A stretch of DNA of 63,612 nucleotides, the filler included. It is 6 parts of 6 records of this genome, joined end to end, with 100 filler letters (N's around TTAATTAATTAA, not from the genome) between each part and the next. Parts side by side here need not be neighbours in the genome. Positions count along the whole stretch, not along the records: positions 44,520 to 55,480 come from SRR31156797_52412; positions 55,581 to 63,612 come from SRR31156797_52468; 4 more parts are not named here. One strand, given 5' to 3'. Positions within the stretch are counted from its first letter, which is position 1, and each line of letters begins with the position of its first letter. Of the stretch, positions 49,265-58,751 are shown one piece after another. The translations under genes and the position numbers were made by a program. The notes below the pieces were generated by a model. The model ran no database searches. It worked only from the letters and a program-made list of their open reading frames with translations, and had not been told where the DNA came from.

Positions 49265-51452
49265 TCTGATTCCTTTCCGCACGATCAGGGTATTCGATTC
49301 TCGTATGATAATGCCCTGTCAGGACATGCACGAAAGATGATTTCACACTCTCCAGCTCCTTCAGGGTCATACCGCATTCGTTCAACTCTCCGTCCTTGAA
49401 GCGCACCATTATCAGATCCCAGAGGAACTTCTCAAGCTTGTTCACCGTTGGCTTCACCATGCTTCGGGTCGCCGCTTCGGCCATATCGGCCAGCATCACG
49501 ACAGCGGCCTCCTTGCTCTGGGGGCGGGGGCCGCTATGGGAGTAATCCTCCAGAGAGACGTTCTCCGCCCCCTTTTCCTTGACTGCCTGCTGATAGAAAT
49601 ATTCGAGAACGCTGGTCCCGTGATGCTGGGCGACGATATCGATCACACCCTCAGGAAGATTCAGGTTTCTGGCCATCTCTATACCGATTTTAACATGAGA
49701 TTTGATGACGGCAACAGAAAGTGTCGTTTTCATGTCGTCATGTTTATTATACTCTTTCTGATTCTCGCTGAAATACTTGGCCTGGTCTATCTTTCCGATA
49801 TCGTGGTAGTAGGCGCCCACCCGGGCCAGCAGAGCGTTGGCTCCGATGTTCCGGCAACCCGTTTCAGCCAGATTGGCCACATTCAGGGAGTGGGAGTAGG
49901 TGCCGGGAGCCAGAGCCAGCATCCTCTTGATAATAGGAGTGTTCAGATCCGACAGTTCCTGGAGCCGGAAGGTGGTAACAGGATTCAGAATATGTTCGAA
50001 CAGGGGCAGTACGGTCAGAGAGAGAAAACCGCTCAGAGCGCCGTTTATGGCCGCCACGAGGAGAGAGAAAAGCATCACCTTGAGGGAGACGGGAAGCATC
50101 AGAAGCATCAACAGCCCCAGCGCGAGCTCTACCAGGGCCAGGAACATCCCGCCCTTGATAAGATCTATCCTCTTTTCGGCCCCTTCGATAACGAGACAGG
50201 AACCCAATCCCGTAAACAGAGTCATATAGAGGGCCTGGGCGTTAAAATTCAGGACAAAGAAAATAAACACCGACTGAACGAGGGCGAAGATAATGGTCTC
50301 CCTCCGGTTTCTGAGAAGAGACATCAGGATGCAGATCAGTCCGGTAGGCATGAACAGAACCGCCGGCACGCCGCCGGGAAGGGTCATGAAACGGAAGATC
50401 AGCAGGGTGGCTATCAGATGGAACCAGGAAAGGAAGAAGAGAAGATGGGGATTCTCCAGCAATCCGGCGGTTCCCGGAAAGGCTATGAGAAGCACCAGTG
50501 TCAGGATAAAGACCAGAAGGGTGTAGAGAAAGGGAGCCAGCAGGGAGTGGACGCTGATCCTTCCCCTCATATCCATATAGGCGTCTATCTTCTCCATCTC
50601 AAGGCCGGTGATGACCGTATCCTTCGTGAGAAGGGTATCCCCCGGTTCCAGATGGATCCAGACCGGGGTCATGGTCTTCATGACCTCCTGTTTCTTCAGA
50701 TCCGTCAGTTCGGTGCTGAAGAAGCAGTTGGGCTCGAGAAAGTAGTACACGATCATCTCGATAAACTTCTCTTCCCCCCTGGTAAAGTCGTAGTGGGAAA
50801 GATACTCCCTCACCTGTTCCTGCCAGTTGTCCATCAGAAAGGCTTTCTCAGCCGTCAGGGTGGTCTTCTCCCCCATGTCGGAGTGGATGATCTCGATCAG
50901 TCCGGTCGCCCCCGAACGGCTCTCGTTCAGATGGCTGAGAAGCCCGTTCCGCAGTATCGTCTCCAGCGAATCCCTCGCCCCCGATAGCATAAGGTTCAGA
51001 CGCACCGGATCCACATCCCTCAGATGCCCCAGATACTGTATGCCGGGATAGCGGCTCTCCATCTCGAAGAGGAGCTTTGAGAACTCATCATCGTCGGCGA
51101 CCGAGGTGATTCCCGTATAAAAATCCTCAAAGCTGTCTGATATCCTTTTGGAAATGTCGTCTTTGATCACATAAACCGGCAGGATAAGATCCATGGCCAG
51201 TTTCATCTTCTTCTCGGTCGCATCCTGGTTGATAAAAGCCAGTGATTTGCTGAGCAGGACATCCTCGGCCACCCTGTCTCCTTCCCTATAGCTGTAAAAA
51301 GCCTCTCTGAGAAAGATCTTGTCGAATTGGGTGATCAGAATAATGGTCAGGACGAGGACGAAGTAATAAACCAGAATGACCCTCCGGTTTATAGTCTTGT
51401 TCTCCCTGAGAAGAGGATGCTCCAGAAAATTCGCTCTAATGTTCCTGTTCAT
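49251..51452 (-). CDS. 7TM HD-family phosphohydrolase (PgpH-like)
   Basis: Extracytoplasmic domain, TM bundle, APGTYSHS, YYHDIGK, QHHGT, VMLAD..EAA. Confidence 0.88.
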   Translation of the reverse strand: MNRNIRANFLEHPLLRENKTINRRVILVYYFVLVLTIILITQFDKIFLREAFYSYREGDRVAEDVLLSKSLAFINQDATEKKMKLAMDLILPVYVIKDDISKRISDSFEDFYTGITSVADDDEFSKLLFEMESRYPGIQYLGHLRDVDPVRLNLMLSGARDSLETILRNGLLSHLNESRSGATGLIEIIHSDMGEKTTLTAEKAFLMDNWQEQVREYLSHYDFTRGEEKFIEMIVYYFLEPNCFFSTELTDLKKQEVMKTMTPVWIHLEPGDTLLTKDTVITGLEMEKIDAYMDMRGRISVHSLLAPFLYTLLVFILTLVLLIAFPGTAGLLENPHLLFFLSWFHLIATLLIFRFMTLPGGVPAVLFMPTGLICILMSLLRNRRETIIFALVQSVFIFFVLNFNAQALYMTLFTGLGSCLVIEGAEKRIDLIKGGMFLALVELALGLLMLLMLPVSLKVMLFSLLVAAINGALSGFLSLTVLPLFEHILNPVTTFRLQELSDLNTPIIKRMLALAPGTYSHSLNVANLAETGCRNIGANALLARVGAYYHDIGKIDQAKYFSENQKEYNKHDDMKTTLSVAVIKSHVKIGIEMARNLNLPEGVIDIVAQHHGTSVLEYFYQQAVKEKGAENVSLEDYSHSGPRPQSKEAAVVMLADMAEAATRSMVKPTVNKLEKFLWDLIMVRFKDGELNECGMTLKELESVKSSFVHVLTGHYHTRIEYPDRAERNQNDRN

Positions 51453-52371
51453 AAGCCTCTAGTATTTTGGTTACGAGGGGATGGCGGACCACATCCCTTC
51501 TCTGAAAGGATGAGAATCCGATGCCCTCGACATTTTTGAGAATGCGCTCGGCCTCCAGCAGGCCGGACTTCTCTTTATGGGGGAGGTCGATCTGAGTCAG
51601 ATCGCCCGTTACAATGGCACGGGAGCCCTCCCCGAGCCGCGTCAGGAACATCTTCATCTGTTCCTGGGTTGTGTTCTGAGCTTCGTCGAGTACGATGATG
51701 CAGTCCTTCAGGCTCCGTCCCCGCATATAGGCCAGGGGGGAGATCTCGTACAGGTTCATCTCCTGCATTTTCTGAAACACGGGAACGGGCAGCAGGTCCT
51801 CCATGGCATCGAAAAGGGGCTTCAGATAGGGGTCCAGTTTCTGGGTGAGATCGCCGGGCAGATAACCGAGATTCTCTCCCGCCTCGACAACGGGCCTGGA
51901 GAGTATCAGCTTCCTGTATTTTCTGCTGAGGATCTCCGAAAGGGCGTAGGCAACGGCCAGATAGGTCTTTCCCGTACCGGCCGGTCCGATTCCGAAACTG
52001 AGGTCGTGGCGGCCCATCTGTGCCATATACCGGGCCTGACTGAGATTGCGAGGGCGGATGACCGATCTCCCCCCCGGGATATTGATGGACCTGTCGGCGC
52101 CGTCGTCGGAAGATCCGTCCGATTCGCTTACGGCCTGGTAGATGGTATCGATCATATACCTGTCGGGGATTTTTTTCTCTTTTACCGAAAGCAGAAGCTT
52201 ATCCAGAATGACTTGGAATACGGGAGATTTTTCATTGTTTTCCGGCACGAGATGTATCTCGTTTCCCTTGGTAAAGATCCTGGTCTTCAGCAGGCTTTCC
52301 AGCTGCTTCAGATTCCGGTCGTTGGGGCCGCAGATTTTGCCCAGGGCATCCGGATCCTCAATTACGATCAT
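51436..52371 (-). CDS. phoH: PhoH-family ATPase
   Basis: GPAGTGKT, RPVVEAGENLGYLPGD, AYMRGRSL, LDEAQN. Confidence 0.93.
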   Translation of the reverse strand: MIVIEDPDALGKICGPNDRNLKQLESLLKTRIFTKGNEIHLVPENNEKSPVFQVILDKLLLSVKEKKIPDRYMIDTIYQAVSESDGSSDDGADRSINIPGGRSVIRPRNLSQARYMAQMGRHDLSFGIGPAGTGKTYLAVAYALSEILSRKYRKLILSRPVVEAGENLGYLPGDLTQKLDPYLKPLFDAMEDLLPVPVFQKMQEMNLYEISPLAYMRGRSLKDCIIVLDEAQNTTQEQMKMFLTRLGEGSRAIVTGDLTQIDLPHKEKSGLLEAERILKNVEGIGFSSFQRRDVVRHPLVTKILEAYEQEH

Positions 52372-52447
52372 ATCAGTGTTTGTTCATTCCCATTGGGACT
52401 CAGTTTAACGTCACAGGACAAGCCTAGTCAAGAACTCTCATTAGAAC

Positions 52448-55400
52448 TCATTTATCCTCTTTGGTCTTAACGGTCCATTCGTCATCGGAACGCTGAATAT
52501 CGGTCATGATCTTGGGTATGGGATTCCACTGGAGGAGTATGCTGAGTTCGTTTTCCCACTCATAGCTGCTGTTTTCCAGCTTGGGAAACCCCTTATAGCC
52601 GACCGTCAGATCCCACTCCCCCAGATGATGCACCAGGGCCAGGTCGATCTTGCTGACATTAAAGTGGGAGTCGTAGCGGTCCTTCTGGCCTGAATCGAAG
52701 ATATTGAAGGACTTCATCAGATCGGAGAAAAAGTTGTAGTCCTTCTCGATCCCCAGCTTGTCCCGATAGGGTTCAAAGTAGAGGTACATGTTCTTATTAC
52801 CTGAGGTCATGCTGTATTTCAGATCCATAAACTCATGGATCCGGTAGTTGAAGGCCCAGGTAAAGCTCAATTCGTTATTATTGAACTGCTGCAGGTTGAC
52901 CGTATAGTCTATGTTCAGATCTGTCGTGAAGCGCATCCTGTTCTTCCAGAAGGGCATCTTTGTAAAATCAAGATCATAGCCCGTACTGATCTTGGAGGGA
53001 ACGAAGGCCTCCTCTTCCGACTCCCAGGAGTACTCCTCCTTATCCCAGGTATAGGGCGTGGTGTACTCATGGGTGTAAGCGAAATAGAATCCGTAAAGAT
53101 CCGCACGGGAATAGCTTTTCGACCACTCCTCAAGCTCGAAGTCATAGTCCAGGGTCTGCTGAAGCTTGATATGCTCCGTAGGCGTATAGGTGGATGAAAA
53201 CTTCAGGGGCTCGAAGGTCCACTCCTCTTCCTCCTTGTACATGGTCTGTTCGATCTTGTTCTCCCAGTGAAAAATGTCCACGCCTGCCTTATGGGTATAG
53301 CTCTCCCTGGGATCCAGGGGAGGCAGATTGTAACTGAGCTCTTCGGAAACGAAGAAGTACTCAGGCTTGTACTGGACGAAAGCTCCCGTTTTGTGCTCCG
53401 TGACGTCCTCGTCGTTCCACTCGCCCCAGGATTCGTCGAAGACGGGATCCTCCCCCTCCGTATAGCTCTCGAAGGTTTTCGAGTAGATCTCGTTCTTGAT
53501 ATTGTAGTTGATATTGGATGCCGAAAACGCGTCGAAAAACTTCAGGGGATAGTAGTGGGAACTGAGGCTGTTGTCCCAGTCCACCGAGGTGGCCTGATAA
53601 TCGCTCAGCTCCATAGCGTAGGTCACATCCTCCTCTTCCAGACCGAAGGCGTTCAGATGGGTTCTGTAGTTGGTGGTGTAGCTGTTGACATTCTTCAGGT
53701 CCACCCGTTTATCCCAAAAGTAGTTATCGAGTGTGGTGGTCAGGCTGTTGGTGGTCAGAATGTAGCTCTCTTCCATCTCAAAATCCACATCCTCGGGCTC
53801 GTCCCATTCATCGCTGTTCGTGGTCCCTTCCACGTCCATCATGGTGGTAAAGCTGTAGCTGAAGCTGTTCTCGTAGAATACGGGGCTGCTGTTCTGAAAG
53901 AGGGCGGACCAGTACTCTCCCGGTTTCAGATCCCGGTCCCCGGCTTCCTCCTCAGTCGCCTCTTCCTCATCCCTGTCCCAGGGTGGGCTCAATTCATCCT
54001 TCTCAGCCTCCTCCCCGTCTTCGGTCTCCCTTCCCCAGTCCCAGCCGTCCCGGCTGGAGTAGGAGAAAGGCGTCCCCTTGAGGGAGATCTGCACATAGGG
54101 AAACTTGAAGCTGTCGGGATAGAAAAAGGTTCTGGCCGGAGACAGAGAGTCATCGCTCAGGACCTCGTTATTCGTCTTCTTGTCCCATTCAAGGGTTGCC
54201 TTGAGATTGCTGACCGTTATGGACTCGAGAAAGGGCGCCGTCAGCTCGGGCTGAAAGGTTTTGGTATAGCCGAGAGTCCAGTCCATATCGGAGATCTCAT
54301 CGGAATCATCCTCGTCATCCTCGTCCTCCTCTTCCGATGTCATCAGGCTGCTCACCCAGTCGAAGTTTTCCTCCCGATCCATAAAATCATCATTGAAATA
54401 AGGATCCGAATAGAAGGGGATCTCCCCTTTCACGCCGAAGATATCGAAACTCAGTTCGTTCCCCCAGCGGAAGGGATAGTCGTCGTCTCCCCAGTAAATG
54501 GTATGCCAATTGCTGCTGTACTCGCCGTCATCATCCATAAAATAGATATTGTCGCCCTCATCGACGCTCCGGCTGACGCCTATCCCGTTTCTGAACTCCA
54601 CACGTCCCGGTTTCCCGCTGAAACGGCCTTCCACACCCGAATAAGTCCCCAGGCGGGAGTACCAGTCCGCCATGACCTTCAGATAGTCCTCATCCTTGCC
54701 GTCCCCTTCCAGCTCATCCATCTTCATCAGATAGAGGCCCTCCCTGACCAGCTCGTAACGGCCTGTGGAGTCACCCAGGCTGAAGAGGGACTCGTCCTCC
54801 TCCGCCTCTTTCTGTCCCACCAGATAGGTGGTTGTCTGAATAAAGCTTCCGTAGCCCGTCTTGGTCCCCACCGCCGGATTGAAGATCATCTCGTTTCCCG
54901 GCTTGAAATAGAAGGGGATGTAGAACATGGGAACGTGTCCCACATAGAGGATGCCGTGGAGAATGCCCCACTCCTTCGGGCCCAGCATCCAGAGCTTGTC
55001 CGACTTGATATGGAAGGCCGGATCCTCACGGTCCTGGGTCTTGATGATACCGTCCTCCATGACAAATATCCTGCCGCTGCCGGATTTCCTGAGGATATCT
55101 CCGCTGAAGTAAAAGGTCTGCTCCTCCCCGTCGTCATTCTCGCGAACCCTGACAGAGGTGCCTTTGTAGATCAGACCGTTCCAGCTGTTGACGGAGAACT
55201 GAAGGCTGTCGCCGTAAAACACATCCTCCCTGTCCCCGCTGATCATGGTGTACTGCAGGTCTCCCCTGGCCGTAATGGTTTGCCTGGCCTGATTGAACAC
55301 CAGCTCTTCCGCCCTGATGATATGCCGACGTTTGTCGCCGTCCTGCTCCTCCATCTCGACCTCGACCCCTCCCTTGAGAACGACCATCTGCTGATCCGTC

Positions 55401-55480
55401 TCTTCCACGGTGAAGTAATCGCTGTTGCTTGCGGATTTTACGGAGATGACCGAGACGTTCTGATTGATCTGCTTATCATC
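52448..55480 (-). CDS. Spirochaete LptD-like outer-membrane protein, 5'-truncated
   Basis: OstA-like N-terminus, LYVGHVPMFYIPFYF.PG, aromatic-rich beta C-terminus; frame open to contig edge. Confidence 0.6.
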   Translation of the reverse strand, partial: DDKQINQNVSVISVKSASNSDYFTVEETDQQMVVLKGGVEVEMEEQDGDKRRHIIRAEELVFNQARQTITARGDLQYTMISGDREDVFYGDSLQFSVNSWNGLIYKGTSVRVRENDDGEEQTFYFSGDILRKSGSGRIFVMEDGIIKTQDREDPAFHIKSDKLWMLGPKEWGILHGILYVGHVPMFYIPFYFKPGNEMIFNPAVGTKTGYGSFIQTTTYLVGQKEAEEDESLFSLGDSTGRYELVREGLYLMKMDELEGDGKDEDYLKVMADWYSRLGTYSGVEGRFSGKPGRVEFRNGIGVSRSVDEGDNIYFMDDDGEYSSNWHTIYWGDDDYPFRWGNELSFDIFGVKGEIPFYSDPYFNDDFMDREENFDWVSSLMTSEEEDEDDEDDSDEISDMDWTLGYTKTFQPELTAPFLESITVSNLKATLEWDKKTNNEVLSDDSLSPARTFFYPDSFKFPYVQISLKGTPFSYSSRDGWDWGRETEDGEEAEKDELSPPWDRDEEEATEEEAGDRDLKPGEYWSALFQNSSPVFYENSFSYSFTTMMDVEGTTNSDEWDEPEDVDFEMEESYILTTNSLTTTLDNYFWDKRVDLKNVNSYTTNYRTHLNAFGLEEEDVTYAMELSDYQATSVDWDNSLSSHYYPLKFFDAFSASNINYNIKNEIYSKTFESYTEGEDPVFDESWGEWNDEDVTEHKTGAFVQYKPEYFFVSEELSYNLPPLDPRESYTHKAGVDIFHWENKIEQTMYKEEEEWTFEPLKFSSTYTPTEHIKLQQTLDYDFELEEWSKSYSRADLYGFYFAYTHEYTTPYTWDKEEYSWESEEEAFVPSKISTGYDLDFTKMPFWKNRMRFTTDLNIDYTVNLQQFNNNELSFTWAFNYRIHEFMDLKYSMTSGNKNMYLYFEPYRDKLGIEKDYNFFSDLMKSFNIFDSGQKDRYDSHFNVSKIDLALVHHLGEWDLTVGYKGFPKLENSSYEWENELSILLQWNPIPKIMTDIQRSDDEWTVKTKEDK

Positions 55481-55580
55481 NNNNNNNNNNNNNNNNNNNN
55501 NNNNNNNNNNNNNNNNNNNNNNNNTTAATTAATTAANNNNNNNNNNNNNNNNNNNNNNNNNNNNNNNNNNNNNNNNNNNN
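55481..55580. other. Artificial contig linker
   Basis: N-run + TTAATTAATTAA + N-run. Confidence 0.98.
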
Positions 55581-56294
55581 TTCTCCAATAAAGAACATAC
55601 CCCATCTCATTCCTGAATACTCTGTAGCATATCCTGCAACAACCTCTGCTTCATGCTCAAGAAGATCAAATGGTGTTCTATTAGTCTCAGCGTATCCAGC
55701 AATTAAAAATAGGAAAAATGCAACTGGTTGAGACCAGATCATCCAATCAGTAATTCCACCTGCTTGATAGTTATTAATATCAATTAAAGATAATGAACCA
55801 ACTAGCATAAGCGGTGCTAATAATGAAAGCCCCGTTACAACTTCATAAGATAAAAGTTGAATCGCTGTTCTAGCTCCTCCAAGAAGTCCCCACTTATTTG
55901 CTTGAGACATACCTCCAAGAAGTGGACCATATAATCCTGTAGCCATCACACCAAGTACAAAAAGTACTCCAACATTTACATCTGATACAATTACTCCAGG
56001 AACAAAAGGAACAGCTGTCATTGCAATAAATGCGGTTGCAGCTGTAATAATTGGAGCGATCATAAAAATCAATCTATTTGCATGTTGAGGAATAAAATCC
56101 TCTTTTGTAAATAGTTTTGCACCATCTGCTAAGATTTGAAGAAGTCCATAAGGCCCAACATGCATTGGTCCTGGTCGTCTTTGCATAAATGCAAGTACCT
56201 TTCTTTCAATATAGGTTGTAAACCCTGCTAATGCAGAGAATACTGCTAATATAACAACTACTTTTACGAGCGTCATTAAAATATCATTATCCAT
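55581..56294 (-). CDS. nuoH: Complex I subunit NuoH, 3'-truncated
   Basis: ERKVLAFMQRRPGP, AETNRTPFDL, EVVAGYATEYSG. Confidence 0.95.
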
Positions 56295-56297
56295 CTT

Positions 56298-58751
56298 TTA
56301 CACCTTCTTAATATTTGCTGTAGTAAATCTACTATTGTCAAATAAGTTTCTAGTCTCACAAGTTTTATCAAACGTTGCAACATACGGTATCTCACCAGTA
56401 AGATCACTATCAATCATAACAGGTAATGTAATACTTACCCCATTTGCTGAAATCTCTGCATATTCATTTTCACTTGTTTCTAACTTGTCTGCGAGTTCTT
56501 TTGAAACATACAGAGCAACTATATCATTTTTTAGTTGATTTGCACGTGCTGTAAACTCATTGAACTGATTAATTGGATTTCCACTGTAGATAAAATACTC
56601 ACTTTCCTGTTTTGAAAGTGTTTTTAACTCATTTGTAATATCACCAATATCCTCATTAATAGTAGTGTTTTCAAGGTTATATCCTCTATGTTCTACTCTA
56701 TCATTTGAGTAGTGGTTTTCAAGATCATCAAATGCTACATTATGAAACAATTCACTAGTATACTCTATAGTGTGTTCTTTTTTACTTGTCAGTATCTCAT
56801 TAGCGATATCATTTAAACAATACCCATCATATGCTACAGCAGCATTTGTTGGGACTACTGTTTTATTAATATTTACAAATGTTCCTTCTTGTTGGGCAAG
56901 AACTGGCATATCAAGATCACCATCACCTAGGGCGCTCAGTTGATAATCTGCTACCATATTGTATCCAACAGTTTTTCCTGTAGATAATACATCAAGATCA
57001 CAAAGTAAACTTACTCCTAGAGTATTTGTTTGAGAAGGGATAATGAGTACTTTAAAGTTTGTATATTTTTGTACAGATGCTGCTAGTTTAGCAATATTAG
57101 AACTATTTGGATGGTTGATACAATCTTCACCAATAATTAAGCTATATGTATCTTTTTTTGCAAGCATTGCTTCTAAGGTTTCTAAAAATGATTCATCAGT
57201 TCCTATTACATCTAAAAGTTTTGTATAAGTATATTCTACTTCTGTTTGCACCTTTTTAGGTACCATCTTTTTCTTCACTGTCTCTTCACCAGTCTCAGGA
57301 TCAACAACAGTTTCTTCCACTTCTTCTTTGATAGTTTCTGTTACTGTTTTTGTTCTAGTCTCTCTTTGAGAGTCTAAAAAGCTTTGAATATTTTCAGGTA
57401 AGTTTTCACCAAATTGATCAAGGATAAAATATAAAATAGCTTCTTCACTCAGTGGATTTGAAACAATTGTTTCAATTGTTTTCCCTTTTTTTCCTAGACC
57501 TTCAATATGCTTATCTCCCATTGGATGAAAATAGATCCCTGCACCTTTATTCATCCCTATTGCATTATTAAATGCATATTTTACACTTGGTGCATCAGAT
57601 TTTAAGAATGATCCAACTGAGATAATAAAGTTACTGTTATGAATATCTTCTAAAGTTCCATTATAAAAACTTGACCCTGCAGTTTCTCCAAAAGTATTCA
57701 TAAACTCTTTAAATTTAAAAGCATCCATATTCACAAGTTTTACACCTGTTTTCTCTTTTAGAAGTTGTAATATTTTTACCTCTTCATTTGTGATAAATGA
57801 GTTAAAAAGAATTGAATCAGCATTTTTTACAGCATCTACTGCTTTTTTAAATTCTACTTCGTCTTTTGAAGCTTTATTAATAACATCAAATCCAAATCGT
57901 GCAGCTCCACTTAAACTTACATAGTGAGCATCATTTGTTACTCTATATATTCTTTTTTCAGTATTATTAGCAATTGTGTCATGTTTTACTTCATAGTACA
58001 TCAATGAACAATCTGAACTGTATGGATTTGAAGCTGGTACTTTTGTAAGCTCCCATGCATTTGAAGTATATTGGAAATCAGAACTTACAAGTGCTCCAAC
58101 TGGGCAAACTGCAATACACTCACCGCAATCGATACATTTGTCTTCTGTAAATCCGATAAGGTTTTTATTCAGCTTATTCCACATTGCATATGCATCTTTT
58201 GGCATACACTCTTTATACGCTTTATCGAGAGCATCCGCTCCTCTTTTTACAGTACCAAGTGCGTTTGATCCTATCATATCTTTACAGATTGTTACACACT
58301 TCTCACATACGATACAAAGACCTGGGTCATATTTCATTACTCCCCAGTTTGATGCTGGTCTATTTACATCTTTTACTGCATAGCTTTGAGAATCAACTTT
58401 CATGTACAATGAATAGTTTTGAAGTTCACACTCTCCACTTTGATCACAAACACCACATTGTAATGGATGGTTTACATCATAAACCTCCATAATGGCTCGT
58501 CTCTCTTTTTCAATGTTTTCAGTATCTACTTGTATTACCATTCCATCTTTTGATTTGGCATTACAAGCATATACTTGTTTTCCATCAGCTTCTACTAAAC
58601 AGAGTCGACACGCTAGTGTTGGTGTACACTTTGTTTGATAACAAACTGCTGGTATAAAAATACCATTTGCTCTTGCAACATTGAGAATAAATTCACCCTC
58701 ATTTGCTTGACACTCTTTCCCATTAATCGTTATATTGATCATATTCCCCAT
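56298..58751 (-). CDS. nuoG: Complex I subunit NuoG, Campylobacterota type
   Basis: ACRLCLVE, HPLQCGVCDQSGECELQ, CIVCEKC, CIDCGECIAVCP; MPKDAYAMW insert and acidic insert. Confidence 0.92.
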   Translation of the reverse strand: MGNMINITINGKECQANEGEFILNVARANGIFIPAVCYQTKCTPTLACRLCLVEADGKQVYACNAKSKDGMVIQVDTENIEKERRAIMEVYDVNHPLQCGVCDQSGECELQNYSLYMKVDSQSYAVKDVNRPASNWGVMKYDPGLCIVCEKCVTICKDMIGSNALGTVKRGADALDKAYKECMPKDAYAMWNKLNKNLIGFTEDKCIDCGECIAVCPVGALVSSDFQYTSNAWELTKVPASNPYSSDCSLMYYEVKHDTIANNTEKRIYRVTNDAHYVSLSGAARFGFDVINKASKDEVEFKKAVDAVKNADSILFNSFITNEEVKILQLLKEKTGVKLVNMDAFKFKEFMNTFGETAGSSFYNGTLEDIHNSNFIISVGSFLKSDAPSVKYAFNNAIGMNKGAGIYFHPMGDKHIEGLGKKGKTIETIVSNPLSEEAILYFILDQFGENLPENIQSFLDSQRETRTKTVTETIKEEVEETVVDPETGEETVKKKMVPKKVQTEVEYTYTKLLDVIGTDESFLETLEAMLAKKDTYSLIIGEDCINHPNSSNIAKLAASVQKYTNFKVLIIPSQTNTLGVSLLCDLDVLSTGKTVGYNMVADYQLSALGDGDLDMPVLAQQEGTFVNINKTVVPTNAAVAYDGYCLNDIANEILTSKKEHTIEYTSELFHNVAFDDLENHYSNDRVEHRGYNLENTTINEDIGDITNELKTLSKQESEYFIYSGNPINQFNEFTARANQLKNDIVALYVSKELADKLETSENEYAEISANGVSITLPVMIDSDLTGEIPYVATFDKTCETRNLFDNSRFTTANIKKV

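Noticed and set aside
49536-50987. 483-aa plus-strand ORF
   Set aside because: Antisense to the HD phosphohydrolase; no recognisable domain.
48018-52371. phoH-HD-ybeY-CBS cluster as part of the Pho system
   Set aside because: Widely conserved housekeeping cluster on a different contig from the pst/pho genes.
53267-55528. 753-aa plus-strand ORF
   Set aside because: Antisense shadow of the LptD-like gene caused by codon bias.
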